In this document: piece by piece, positions 21,783-32,048 of the stretch
Numbering within the stretch: position 1 is the stretch's first letter
How the letters are laid out: each line of letters begins with the position of its first letter
Source of the DNA: an uncultured Verrucomicrobiae bacterium
GTDB lineage: Bacteria > Verrucomicrobiota > Verrucomicrobiia > Chthoniobacterales > UBA10450
Length of the DNA: 64,000 nucleotides
Assembly (NCBI GenBank): GCA_963735805.1
Contig: CAVTMK010000003.1
Coordinates: 256,001 to 320,000 of the forward strand
Direction of reading: 5' to 3'
Made by a program: the position numbers and the translations under genes
Notes under the pieces: generated by a model
Seen by the model: only the letters and a program-made list of their open reading frames with translations
The model's database searches: none
What the model was told of the DNA's origin: nothing

Positions 21783-21919
21783 CCCCTTCTATATCGCGCC
21801 TCCCGTGCGCTCCATTCTTAACTTTTACTTCTTAATTCTTACTTTTCCCGACTGCCATCGCTCCGGAGTAACTCCATGTTGTCGCCCACCTTCGATTTAA
21901 CGATTCAACGATTCACGGA

Positions 21920-22936
21920 TCACGTCCGTGGCAGCTTCACCTTCGAAGTCATCGGCGGAAGTTTACGCACGCCTTCATCGAGGCGGCGTTCGAAATCCTC
22001 CGAAATATTCGCGTAGAACGGATACGCCGCCAGATTCGCCGACACCGGGCGGTAACGGAAATGTTTGTACATCCAGAGCCAGGGCGCGGGATTTTTCCGG
22101 ACAACCGGCTCAAACTGGTCCCAGCAAGCTTGCGCCATTTCCTGGAGCGAAGCGCCCGCGGGAAATTCAATCCGGGGATGAAAAACCACGCGGTAACGTC
22201 CGCCGGGGAGCGGCTCGCAATGGACATTGATGAGTGGCGCGCCCGTGCGCTGGTGCAACCACACGTGAGCAAAGGTGACGCAGCGTTCAAGCCCGAAGCA
22301 CTTGATCGCCACGGTCGGCAGTTTCGCGGAAATTGTAAGATCGACGAGCAAGGCGAAGCGTTCGCCGCGGCGCAGGGCCCGGTAAAGATGCATAACAGCG
22401 CCTTCGCGCGGCGCGACGCGATGGCCGCTTCTCTGGCGCAACTCCGAGAAGATCGGATCCAGCAGCGGATTCTTGAACTCCTGCGCGATGACAACACCTT
22501 CGAGACCGGCGAAGGCTGAGACAATACTGAGCCATTCGAAGTTACTGTAATGATAGCAACCCACAATGACCGGCTTGCCCGGGCGTGTGTTTTCCTCATC
22601 CCATCTCTCGCGGTTCTCGAACTCAACGTAACGCGAGAAATTTTGACTCGTTAGGCGCGGGCTCCAAAAAAAATCGAGCATGGTGCGCGAAAAATGCTGA
22701 TAGGATTCACGCACGATCTGCGCCTGGCGCTCGGCTGAAATCTCATCGCCAAAGGCGACGCGCAGATTGCTCAGCGCAACGCGCCGGCCCCGGCGATCAA
22801 GCACGGCAGCGAGCGAGCCAAGCAAAAGGGCCAACCGATAACAAGCTTTGCGCGACAAAAGCGGAAGGAATTTCGTGGCGAATTTGAGTCCGAGCCACTC
22901 CAGACGGTAGCGAATCTTTCTCCAAATCATGCGCAT
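21920..22936 (-). CDS. Lipid A lauroyl/lysophospholipid acyltransferase family
   Basis: ALSNLRVAFG, HYSNFEW, ALLVD, PAPWLWMYKHFR. Confidence 0.85.
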   Translation of the reverse strand: MRMIWRKIRYRLEWLGLKFATKFLPLLSRKACYRLALLLGSLAAVLDRRGRRVALSNLRVAFGDEISAERQAQIVRESYQHFSRTMLDFFWSPRLTSQNFSRYVEFENRERWDEENTRPGKPVIVGCYHYSNFEWLSIVSAFAGLEGVVIAQEFKNPLLDPIFSELRQRSGHRVAPREGAVMHLYRALRRGERFALLVDLTISAKLPTVAIKCFGLERCVTFAHVWLHQRTGAPLINVHCEPLPGGRYRVVFHPRIEFPAGASLQEMAQACWDQFEPVVRKNPAPWLWMYKHFRYRPVSANLAAYPFYANISEDFERRLDEGVRKLPPMTSKVKLPRT

Positions 22937-23357
22937 CGCTCCACTGTAAGCACGCTCCACGCAGGCTGCGAACCCCCGCTCAGCTACCAGTCGCTCAACT
23001 CGTTAGTCGCCTGCCAAGCCGTAGTCCCGCGACCGCGGGACGAAGGCTGCTCGGCAAACGCGGAACGATTCACGGAACACGTCAGCGACAGCAGAAATGT
23101 TAAAGGTTTTGCGATGATGCCCTGCTGCAAATATGCGGTTTGCCATCTCTCACAGCAAACGAGCTGCAAGTGATTACTTTTGTCAGGAGGTTCAGGTATG
23201 TAACACGCGAACCTCTCGCAGAGGCGAGCGAAGTTGACGGCGATCGTACGACTAAGGTCCTATTCACCGCGAGCGAGAGTCACTCTATGCTGAGCTTGGC
23301 GGTGTTGCTCACTGCCATTGTCATCACATACCAACAATCAATTAGAAATCTAAAATT

Positions 23358-23900
23358 ATGCGCGTTAGAATGCGAACTGCACTTTTTTGCACAGCGATCT
23401 TTTCCGCTGTCAGCTTCTTCACAATCACGTTTGCCGAGACAAATCCACTTTCAAAGGCTCAGGTGGCTGACCGGATCCGCAAAGTGGAAAACGGCGTGGA
23501 TGATTTCGAGAAGTATCTGACTACCCGCGGCGAAAACGCCAAGGATCAGGCCGGATCGGCGAAGAGCAGCGGAGCGGCGAAGCGCGGACAGGGTGCAGAC
23601 TCCGCAAAGAAGGATGCGCGGAAAGATCAAGCCGGACAATCAAAAGACGACCTCCAGAACGCCATGGACGATCTGAATCGCACCACAAACCGTCTGCGGC
23701 GCAAGTTCGATGAAACGGCGAATTATCTGGAAACCAAAGTACAAATGGAACAGGTCTTGGACAGCGCCCGCCGCGTCAATCAGGTAGTAGCGAAAGAGAA
23801 AGGGAGTAATGGAACACAGGCACAACGCCTCTGGACTGCTTTGCGCGCGAGTATCAACGACCTGGCACGCTGTTACAACCTGACCCCCGTGGGCGCATAG
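23358..23900 (+). CDS. Hypothetical secreted helical protein
   Basis: Signal peptide, helical composition. Confidence 0.7.
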   Translation: MRVRMRTALFCTAIFSAVSFFTITFAETNPLSKAQVADRIRKVENGVDDFEKYLTTRGENAKDQAGSAKSSGAAKRGQGADSAKKDARKDQAGQSKDDLQNAMDDLNRTTNRLRRKFDETANYLETKVQMEQVLDSARRVNQVVAKEKGSNGTQAQRLWTALRASINDLARCYNLTPVGA

Positions 23901-24129
23901 GGAATGGCATACCGTGCCGGGTTACGGTCCATTTGAGTGAGCTTGCCCGCTAACGGGACACGTCCCAGTGGAGACTGCGACACGGAAACGCTTACCATCG
24001 CCCCGCAGTGACTCGATGTTTTTACGCGCTTCGATGTAACGATTGAACGATTCACGGATCACGTCCAGCGACAGCGCCAATGTCAAATGTTAGACGCGAC
24101 CCCGATTCCTCCCCGCGGAAGAGTGATGC

Positions 24130-27100
24130 CTATGCGAGTAGCTCTTCGAGTTCTTCGGTGGTAAGGCCGGCCATGAGCGGTTCCTCGCTGTCGATGGCGG
24201 CGTCGATCGCCGCGCGTTTTTTCTCCTGCAGCCCCAGGATTTTGTCTTCGACTGTGTCGCGGGTGATTAGCTTGTATGCGGTGACGACGCGGGTTTGCCC
24301 GATGCGATGGGCGCGGTCGGTGGCTTGCGCCTCGACCGCAGGATTCCACCAAGGATCGAAATGAATGACGGTGTCGGCGGCGGAGAGATTCAGGCCGACG
24401 CCGCCCGCTTTCAAGCTGATCAGGAAGACTGGAATCGCGGAATCGTTCTGGAAGCGATCCACGATTTCCTGACGCTGTTTGGTCGAGCCGTCGAGATAAC
24501 AGAATGGAATCTCCAGTTTCTCCAGGCGTTCGCGAATCAAGTGCAGCATCGAGACGAACTGGCTAAAAACGAGGACGCGGTGTTCGCCGTCGATCGCTTC
24601 CTCGAGGAGTTCGTCTAGCAGGTCCAGCTTTGCCGAGGTTTCTTTTTTATCGATACCAACGAGGCGCAGATCGCAACAGACCTGGCGCAAACGGAGCAGA
24701 CCAGTGAGCATCTTCATCCTTTGCGCACCGGCGTTCACATTCTTGCCGGAACTGCCGAGACCCTGCTGGATCTCGCGCAGTAGCGCGTCATAGGCGGCGC
24801 GTTGATGACTCGTTAGGCTGCAAGGCACGACCTGTTCGATTTTTTCTGGCAGATCTTTCGCGACGTCGCGTTTCCTTCGGCGAAGCAGGAACGGCTGAAG
24901 CCGGCGCGAGAGCCGGCGTTGCACATCGGGCGCGGAGCCACGCGCGATCGGTAATTCGTAGCGTTCGCGGAAGTCGTTGCGATTTCCAAGATAACCGGGC
25001 AGTGCGAAGTTCGTGATCGACCAGAGATCGCGCACTGAATTTTCCATCGGGGTACCGGTCAGCACGAAGCGATGCTTCGCACGGAGGGCGAACGCGGCTT
25101 GCGCGTTTTGCGTCTCCGGATTTTTGATGTGCTGCGCTTCGTCGAGCACGACGGTCGAGAAATTGATCTCGCGCAGTGTGTCGATGTCGCGTCGCAGAAG
25201 AGCGTAGCTTGTGATTACCATGTCCACGTCCGCAATCGATTTGAAACGCGCGGCCCGATCGCCGCCTTCGAGCACGAGCGTCTTGAGTTCGGGAGTAAAC
25301 TTCCGTGCTTCATTCTCCCAGTTTGTCACCAGCGATGTCGGGCAGACGACGAGTGCCGGGCCCAGGCCCTGGTGTGCGCGGAGAAACGCCAGCGTCTGCA
25401 CTGTTTTACCAAGACCCATCTCGTCGGCGAGGATGCCGCCGAGATTGTTCGCCGCGAGACGCGTGAGCCATTCCCAGCCGACAAGTTGATACTCGCGCAA
25501 TCTTTCCGCGAGCGGACCGAGCTTCGTCTTCGCATCCGGAGACGCGTCTCGGCCAGTGATGAACTTCTTCAGCGCTTCGCGACGATCAGCGACGGCGGAG
25601 CCAAGCTCACGCGCGGTCTGTTCCACGTACCCGGCATGGGCGCGGTTGATGCGGTAAAGCCCGGGCTGCGTCTGCGCCGGATCGCAGTCGCGGATGACTT
25701 GCTCGAAATCCTCCAGGCCAGCGGTGTCGATCACCGCGAGGTGACCATTCTTTAATCGCGTCTGCGATTGCCCGGAGCGAAGCAACCGCTGGATGTCGGC
25801 GTTTGAAAACACTTCGCCACCTGGCGTCGTAAGCGAGTAACGCACCTCGAACCAATCCTGGCCCGAGCCGACGATCTCGAGCTTCGGCGTAACCCGCTCG
25901 ATCTCGCTAGTCCAATTCTGAACCTGCGCGGTGAGAGTAATCTTCCAGTCGCACTTCAGTCTCTGATAATCGTTTGCGAAAAACTGGACAACATTGGGCT
26001 GGCCGTGCAGCACGAAGCCGCCGGCGTCGGTTCGGGCGAACCCAATTTGCTCAAGCCACGCGACCGCCGCGTTCTCTGCGTCGAGATTCCGCATCAGCAC
26101 TCGATCCACGTTCTGTGGATCGCGAAAGACGAATTGATCCTGGGCGTTTGCCAATGCTTTGATTGGCGCCCGGTCCCCGTACATGCACATCAATTCACCC
26201 GTGACGCTGTTGAGCGTGCCGGCCAGCCGCAGCTCGAAGACTGGCCGCGCCGTTGCAATCTCCGGAAGACGAACGCCTTCGCCGGCGCGCACATCGAATG
26301 CATCGCGCAGCCGAGGCAGATCGAATGCGAGGAAAGGTAACGCACGTTCGCCATCGAGCAGTAGAGGCCGCTCCATCAGGCGCGTCGAACCAGCCGGCAA
26401 CGCTTCGCCGCAGCGGACGAACTCGTTGTTCTGCAACAGCCACGCATCGGTCGCGTTCCGAAGAAGCAGAGCATTCGGCGGGAAGTTGCATTTCACCGTG
26501 ATGCTCCCCTCGCCGCGCGACTCGACCAGAAGCTCGGGACGCAGCGCGGCCGAAGAGATGGTCGCCCGAACCGCTTTGCCGAAAGTAACACGTGGATGAT
26601 TCTGCAACGCCGGGAGCAACCCCAGGAACGCGTCGCGTGACAAGATCGCCATCCCGCTCTCGAAGACCGCCGGGACCGCGCGCAAGCTTTCGATCAACAC
26701 GAGATCGGCGGTGTCGACTGCAAACGTATTCTTCTTCGGGAGCGCGGAGACGAGCGTGCGGTTTCGAGAAACTTCCGCTTCGACCACGATCATAATCTGC
26801 TCTCTCTGCCATGCGCCCGCGAAGTTGGGCGGCAGGATCACGTGCAGTGTCGTTAGGGCGGCGTCAGCCGAATCAGCCGCGACGACTTGCGGACCTGCCG
26901 GAGCTTCGGGCGTCGTCGGCTCGTTAGGCGCGGCGACTACAGCGGCCGGCGGATTCAGATAGCCCAGTCCTACCGCGACCGAATGCGCACAAATTTTCCC
27001 CGCCGACCGAGACTCCCAACAACTGCAAAGATTCTCGACGTCGATCGCGCTTTTGATTCGGAGGCCGGAGCGATAATTCTTCGCGCCTTCGCGCACGTAA

Positions 27101-27231
27101 CCGCTTAACAGCGGCGGCTCGTATTTGGCCTCAGAGACGCGGCCGCTTTTTAGCAACTCGCGCGCCGGCTTCATCGCCTGCCATCCCCCTGCATTGAGAA
27201 GGAATTTCTCGGTAATCGGAATATCGCTCAC
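24130..27231 (-). CDS. SWIM-SNF2 family helicase
   Basis: CSC...CAH SWIM finger, LADEMGLGKT, DEAQ, LTGTP, FSQF, SLKAGGVGLNL, QATDRAHRIGQ; GTG start 27231. Confidence 0.93.
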   Translation of the reverse strand: MSDIPITEKFLLNAGGWQAMKPARELLKSGRVSEAKYEPPLLSGYVREGAKNYRSGLRIKSAIDVENLCSCWESRSAGKICAHSVAVGLGYLNPPAAVVAAPNEPTTPEAPAGPQVVAADSADAALTTLHVILPPNFAGAWQREQIMIVVEAEVSRNRTLVSALPKKNTFAVDTADLVLIESLRAVPAVFESGMAILSRDAFLGLLPALQNHPRVTFGKAVRATISSAALRPELLVESRGEGSITVKCNFPPNALLLRNATDAWLLQNNEFVRCGEALPAGSTRLMERPLLLDGERALPFLAFDLPRLRDAFDVRAGEGVRLPEIATARPVFELRLAGTLNSVTGELMCMYGDRAPIKALANAQDQFVFRDPQNVDRVLMRNLDAENAAVAWLEQIGFARTDAGGFVLHGQPNVVQFFANDYQRLKCDWKITLTAQVQNWTSEIERVTPKLEIVGSGQDWFEVRYSLTTPGGEVFSNADIQRLLRSGQSQTRLKNGHLAVIDTAGLEDFEQVIRDCDPAQTQPGLYRINRAHAGYVEQTARELGSAVADRREALKKFITGRDASPDAKTKLGPLAERLREYQLVGWEWLTRLAANNLGGILADEMGLGKTVQTLAFLRAHQGLGPALVVCPTSLVTNWENEARKFTPELKTLVLEGGDRAARFKSIADVDMVITSYALLRRDIDTLREINFSTVVLDEAQHIKNPETQNAQAAFALRAKHRFVLTGTPMENSVRDLWSITNFALPGYLGNRNDFRERYELPIARGSAPDVQRRLSRRLQPFLLRRRKRDVAKDLPEKIEQVVPCSLTSHQRAAYDALLREIQQGLGSSGKNVNAGAQRMKMLTGLLRLRQVCCDLRLVGIDKKETSAKLDLLDELLEEAIDGEHRVLVFSQFVSMLHLIRERLEKLEIPFCYLDGSTKQRQEIVDRFQNDSAIPVFLISLKAGGVGLNLSAADTVIHFDPWWNPAVEAQATDRAHRIGQTRVVTAYKLITRDTVEDKILGLQEKKRAAIDAAIDSEEPLMAGLTTEELEELLA

Positions 27232-27328
27232 AGGCGAGCAACGTCGCGCATTCTGTGCGTTTGCGAAAATCCGCGAGCAGTTTACCCAAAGCTTGCTCGG
27301 AGTTTTACTCGCCGCGGCGAGCGGCGGG

Positions 27329-27634
27329 CTACTTCGGCCGTGAATTCGCGATCCGCAGCAGCACGTCGGCGTGACATGGCTCATCGAGCGCGCACCAGCA
27401 GGCGAGATCTTTGTCGTGCAGGCAGTGGCGGATGTCGCGCTCGCTGAAATTCTCAGCGAGGTGCTGCTCGTATAACTCGACGGCTTTTTCGGCCGTGAGC
27501 GTTTCGCCGTTCATCAGCTTCGAGCCCACCACGTACGGGTTTCCCCAAACAGTCGGTCGGCCGACGTAGATGGCGTTCGCCGGCATTTTCCAGCCTTTCG
27601 CGCGGCTGCGCTGGATTCGCTTCGGTTTGCTCAT
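27329..27634 (-). CDS. DUF4326 domain protein
   Basis: YVGRPTVWGNPY, DLACWC...CHADVLL. Confidence 0.88.
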   Translation of the reverse strand: MSKPKRIQRSRAKGWKMPANAIYVGRPTVWGNPYVVGSKLMNGETLTAEKAVELYEQHLAENFSERDIRHCLHDKDLACWCALDEPCHADVLLRIANSRPK

Positions 27635-27870
27635 GCGGGCCGTAAATTCTCGCGCCGCTTTTCTGTTTGGTCCATGGAACTTGCCTCAACACAAGGGTAC
27701 TTCGCGAAAATAGCTGAGCAGGGTTCCAACAACGAATGTTAAATAGCCTGCTCGCGAAGGGAGCCGCGGGGGACGCGAGCGACATAGATGGGCAAGCCGA
27801 CAGGCCGAAACGAGCGGGAGCGAATGAGTCAACGCTCTTTGCTCGCGAAGAATTTCGGAGTTCGGAGTTT

Positions 27871-28013
27871 AGGGTGTGTTGCCCAAAGGCTGCGCTCGGA
27901 ATTCGCCGCTGTAGTCGCCTCGCTGTGTCGAGGCGCGGCCTGTGCGTCTTATCTCGCAAAAGCACGGCGACACAGCGCCGTGGCTACAACAACACATTTG
28001 GGCAACACGCCCT
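27871..28013. mobile_element. MITE-like element, 17-bp terminal inverted repeats enclosing a GTAG-REP doublet
   Basis: agggtgtgttgcccaaa (27871-27887) / tttgggcaacacgccct (27997-28013), 16/17 match; inner tgtagtcgcc...gtggctaca. Confidence 0.65.
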
Positions 28014-28095
28014 TTAGACACGACCTATTATTTCTTAACTTTTTTAATTTTTGATTGGCTGGCGGCGAGCCGTGTCCGAGACTCGCGAACATTCC

Positions 28096-28590
28096 ATGGC
28101 TATTCGAATCCTCGCCACCGGCGGTACGTTCGACAAGGAATACAACGAGCGGACCGGCCAGCTCTATTTCAAGGACACTCACATTGCCGAGATGCTCCGG
28201 TTAGGAAGGTCGCAGGTGGAAGTATCCATTCGCACTGTCATGATGACCGATAGCCTGGAGATGACCGACGCCGATCGAAATCTCATCGTGCAAAACTGCC
28301 TGCAATCGGCCGAGGATCGCATCGTGATTACGCATGGCACCGACACAATGACGGAAACCGCGGCCGCGCTGGCTGGCGCTGTCACCGGGAAAACAGTCGT
28401 GCTAACCGGAGCGATGATCCCTTACGCCTTTGGCAGTTCCGACGGGCTCTTCAATCTGGGCAGCGCGCTCTCGTTCGTGCAGGCATTGCCTCCCGGAGTT
28501 TACATTGCCATACACGGTCAATGCTTTCCCTGGGACCGCGTCCGGAAAAACCGCGAGCGCGGCGAGTTCGAGGAAATTCCGCAGGGCTAA
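28096..28590 (+). CDS. Asparaginase N-terminal domain protein
   Basis: ATGGTFDK, ITHGTDTM, VVLTGAMIP. Confidence 0.9.
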   Translation: MAIRILATGGTFDKEYNERTGQLYFKDTHIAEMLRLGRSQVEVSIRTVMMTDSLEMTDADRNLIVQNCLQSAEDRIVITHGTDTMTETAAALAGAVTGKTVVLTGAMIPYAFGSSDGLFNLGSALSFVQALPPGVYIAIHGQCFPWDRVRKNRERGEFEEIPQG

Positions 28591-28793
28591 GCCCTAAAAG
28601 CCAGGTCCATTTGAAATGCTAGTGCAACGCCGGTCCGGGTTGTACTGCATCTCGCTGCGCGCCCTACGAGGCAGGAAAGTGACGAATGATCTGTCAGGGT
28701 TCCGGGTTTCTTTTCGATTAACAATAACCGATAACGAGCGGCTATGCTGCCAGATGTTCAGAAGTGACCCCGGCCCCTACCCGATTTCCGATT

Positions 28794-29882
28794 TCAGCGT
28801 TTCGGTTTCCAGACTTTCAGCTTTTCGCCTGTCGCCCATCCGGCGATGGTTCCGGTGAGAAGCTCCAGGCGTTGTTGTCGCAACGCGAGGTCATGCTTCA
28901 ACTGCCGCTCCACTCGGGACCGCAGATCCTCCGATGGACCTGTGCGTGCAAAGTTCCACGAATCTTCCCGCCTGGCTTCGACCAGGCTTAACTCCAGGGC
29001 GCGGACCGACCGGGTCAATTCGCTAAGAGCCGAGCGCATCTGCGACAGGGTTGTGCTGGCGCCGAACGCGTTCGATAAATCGCTGAGCGCCAGCAAAAGT
29101 TCCATCCGGGCAACGTCACCGGCCGCATACGCTTCCTGGACTTCATGCCAAAGCGAAGAAACGGTGGCATCGCCATCGGCGCGCAAATCGGGATGCAATC
29201 GACGCACCAGCCGCCGATAGATTTCCTTTACCCGCGGATCAATCGTTCCCGGCGGTTCCTCATCGACCGCAGAACGCCGGACATCCTCCGGTCGGGGATC
29301 GGATCGATCCGGCGCGCTTTCCGGCCTAACGAACATATGTGACTTAAAAACTTCAAAGCTGGTCGAATAAGCGTCGTCATCCATCTTGGCCGGGTTCGTG
29401 CCCAGAAATTTTTGCACCCATTCCTGAAACAGAGCTTCCTGCTCGAATTCGCTCAGGTGAGGCGTCGATTGCGATCCGTTAGAGGAAGTCTCTCTGTCTT
29501 CGGCGACGCCGGGATTTTCTCGCCGAAACAGCACCCTCCGATAGGCGCTGTACGGATCCTGGATTTTTCTCCGCATTTCCATCTTCACTTCATGAATCAG
29601 GTTTTGCGCGTCCCGAATCTTATCCTCGACATCCCGCGCGGTGCTAAGCAACGCGCCAAACTCGCGGGCCCGCCAGCGAACGAACGCGGGCTTATCCTGC
29701 CGCTCAAACTGATGCCAGCAAAGTCGCGCTTGTTCCAACCGTGCCATCATGTCGGTGCATTCGCCTGCTGCACTGGCTCGCAGCGGAGCCTGCTCGATCC
29801 AAACAATCTCCAGCCGATCCCTGCCAGGAACTGTCGCCGCCCGTCCGCGAGTAACGCGTTCAGCTAAACGTGCGCGAATCAT
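28794..29882 (-). CDS. J-domain-containing coiled-coil protein (start uncertain)
   Basis: KEIYRRLVRRLHPD...LWHEVQEAY. Confidence 0.75.
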   Translation of the reverse strand: MIRARLAERVTRGRAATVPGRDRLEIVWIEQAPLRASAAGECTDMMARLEQARLCWHQFERQDKPAFVRWRAREFGALLSTARDVEDKIRDAQNLIHEVKMEMRRKIQDPYSAYRRVLFRRENPGVAEDRETSSNGSQSTPHLSEFEQEALFQEWVQKFLGTNPAKMDDDAYSTSFEVFKSHMFVRPESAPDRSDPRPEDVRRSAVDEEPPGTIDPRVKEIYRRLVRRLHPDLRADGDATVSSLWHEVQEAYAAGDVARMELLLALSDLSNAFGASTTLSQMRSALSELTRSVRALELSLVEARREDSWNFARTGPSEDLRSRVERQLKHDLALRQQRLELLTGTIAGWATGEKLKVWKPKR

Positions 29883-30007
29883 TCCAGAACTTTACCCCGG
29901 CGATGCCGGTCAACAACAGATGGCCGTCATCGAACCCTGATCAGACTGACCCCAATGCGCGCGAATTTATAGGGACGTCGGGCGCGAACCCTTCGGCTTT
30001 GACGCGG

Positions 30008-30285
30008 TCATGTTAGCTCGCGCCTGACCAGGTGGAACGCGTTGTCCTCAACGCGTTAGCTAATCATTGCGGCTTTGCCGCCTGATATTTGCACCTTCGG
30101 CGAACCAACTGCCATCGTCTTGCGGACAAGTCCTTCGTCTTTGCCGCGCTCATGCTGGCTCGCGCCTGACCAGGTGGAACGCGTTGTCCTCAACGCGTTA
30201 GCTAATCATTGCGGCATTGCCGCCTGATATTCGCACCTTCGGCGAATCAACTGCCATCGTCCCGCCGCGGCGGGCCGATCCACCT
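30008..30285 (+). repeat. Tandem pair (period 142 bp) of GTGG-REP doublet elements
   Basis: aggtggaacgcgttgtcctcaacgcgtt at 30030 and 30172; second unit ends gatccacct; inverted copy at 61663-61773. Confidence 0.85.
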
Positions 30286-30383
30286 TTCGTACCCATTTTC
30301 CGCGGATTGACTGATGACGTAAAAACGATGATAGCCAATCGCTGAAGCGCGCGGAAAAACAATCTCAGATCAGAACGTCAAAA

Positions 30384-31742
30384 GTGGATTCCTCGAGACA
30401 GAGCGGCGTGCTGGTGTTGCTCGGTGTGTTGTTCACGATCATTCTCGCCGGTCTCGACAACACGATCGTCAGTACGGTCATGCCGGTGGCGTTGCCTGAG
30501 CTTGGCAGTCCCCACCTGTACGCGTGGACGTTTGCGGCTTACATGCTCGCCGCAGCGGTATCGATGCCGATCTGGGGACCGGGATCCGATCGCTGGGGAC
30601 GCCGGCGCACGTATCTCATCGGCATTGTTGCGTTCACGGTCGGGAGCGGGCTCTGCGCCATTGCGCGTACGATGATGGAGTTCATCGGCGCTCGCGCCAT
30701 CCAGGGCATCGGAGCGGGTGCCGTTGCCACGCTTCCGTTTGTTCTGCTCGGAGTAGTTTACCCGCCTAACAAACGCGGCAGGGCATTGGGCGCGGCCAGC
30801 AGCGCGTGGGCGGTCGCGAGTGTAGCCGGACCACTCCTTGGGACGCTGATCGTGACACACGTTTCATGGCGCTGGGCTTTCCTGATCAACGTGCCGATTG
30901 CCATTGTGGCTGGGTTCCTCGTGATCGCCGGAATGCGCGAGAGCATCGGACATAGCGTCGGCCGATTCGATTTTGCCGGCGCGCTTCTCGCCGGCGCCGG
31001 CGGCAGTTGCCTGATGTGGGCGTTTGTCGATCTCGGTGAGGGACAAATTGGACTGATGCAGGCCGCGCTCGTTGGCTCCGGAATCATTCTGCTTGCCACC
31101 TTCGTCTGGCATGAGGGACGAACGCCGCATCCCATTCTGCCGTTGACTTTCTTTCATCATGCCGGCTACGCGTCGTCGATTTCTTCGTCATTCCTCGCCT
31201 TCTTCAGCGGTTTCGGCCTGAGCGCTTACCTGCCACTTGCAACCAACACCGCTTTTCATGACAACCGCGCGTTCGTAGGCCTGGTGGTTGGCGCGTTCAC
31301 CATTGGATGGAGCTCGTTCGCCTTCACTTCTGGGCGGTTAGTCCACCGAATAGGAGAACGGCTTCCGAGTGTGATTGGAATTGTTGTCCATATTCTGGGA
31401 CTTCTCTTTTTCATGGTCGCATTCGAACATGGACTGGGATGGGTCATCGTTGCGGCGCTCACCGCAGGCGCCGGACTGGGACTGCTCTCGCCCGCGCTCA
31501 CGGTCGTGGTGCAGAATAGCGTCCCGGTTACCCGCATGGGTAGCGCGACCACCAGCCAGCAATTTATCCGGCAGATCGGCGCCGCGCTCGGCGTCAGTTC
31601 GTTTGTCCTGGCCGCAACCGTAGGCGGCTTTCGGTTAGGCTTGCTGCTAATGATTGCAGTGAGCGCGGGAACATTTGCGTGCGTGCTCGCGCTGCCAGCG
31701 CACAGCCTCCACGATGCACAAACTGATGCTTTAAGTGACTAA
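30384..31742 (+). CDS. MFS transporter (DHA2-like drug efflux family)
   Basis: LDNTIVSTVMP, GPGSDRWGRRR, ARAIQGIGAG, WRWAFLINVP. Confidence 0.92.
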   Translation: MDSSRQSGVLVLLGVLFTIILAGLDNTIVSTVMPVALPELGSPHLYAWTFAAYMLAAAVSMPIWGPGSDRWGRRRTYLIGIVAFTVGSGLCAIARTMMEFIGARAIQGIGAGAVATLPFVLLGVVYPPNKRGRALGAASSAWAVASVAGPLLGTLIVTHVSWRWAFLINVPIAIVAGFLVIAGMRESIGHSVGRFDFAGALLAGAGGSCLMWAFVDLGEGQIGLMQAALVGSGIILLATFVWHEGRTPHPILPLTFFHHAGYASSISSSFLAFFSGFGLSAYLPLATNTAFHDNRAFVGLVVGAFTIGWSSFAFTSGRLVHRIGERLPSVIGIVVHILGLLFFMVAFEHGLGWVIVAALTAGAGLGLLSPALTVVVQNSVPVTRMGSATTSQQFIRQIGAALGVSSFVLAATVGGFRLGLLLMIAVSAGTFACVLALPAHSLHDAQTDALSD

Positions 31743-31907
31743 CCGCGAATGAACGCCAATAAACACGAATTATTTCTAAATACCTGACCGGAGAATTCTT
31801 CAACCGCCAACGGCTCAACGTTTCAACGCCCCCAACCCGTTTTCATTGTCCATTCATTTCCCCATAGCTTCCTTACCATTCGCGTTTATTAGCGTACATT
31901 CGCGGTT
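31741..31907. repeat. Inverted pair of 10-bp-period arrays (aaccgcgaat/aaacacgaat type), empty doublet
   Basis: aaccgcgaatgaacgccaataaacacgaat vs attcgcgtttattagcgtacattcgcggtt. Confidence 0.75.
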
Positions 31908-32048
31908 GAATCCTGGTCAAGGCTCGAGTCGTAGCGCCGAGCCGCTGCTCTCAACTGCATTATGGAGGGGCTTCCATGGAGCTTTACGCTCTCAGCGGTT
32001 ATCTGCAGACTAACCGCGAATAAACACGAATTATTATTGTAGAAAGAG

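Noticed and set aside
24130..27634. Anti-phage defence system or prophage (SNF2 + DUF4326)
   Set aside because: SWIM-SNF2 is a common housekeeping architecture; no methylase, nuclease partner or phage structural genes adjacent
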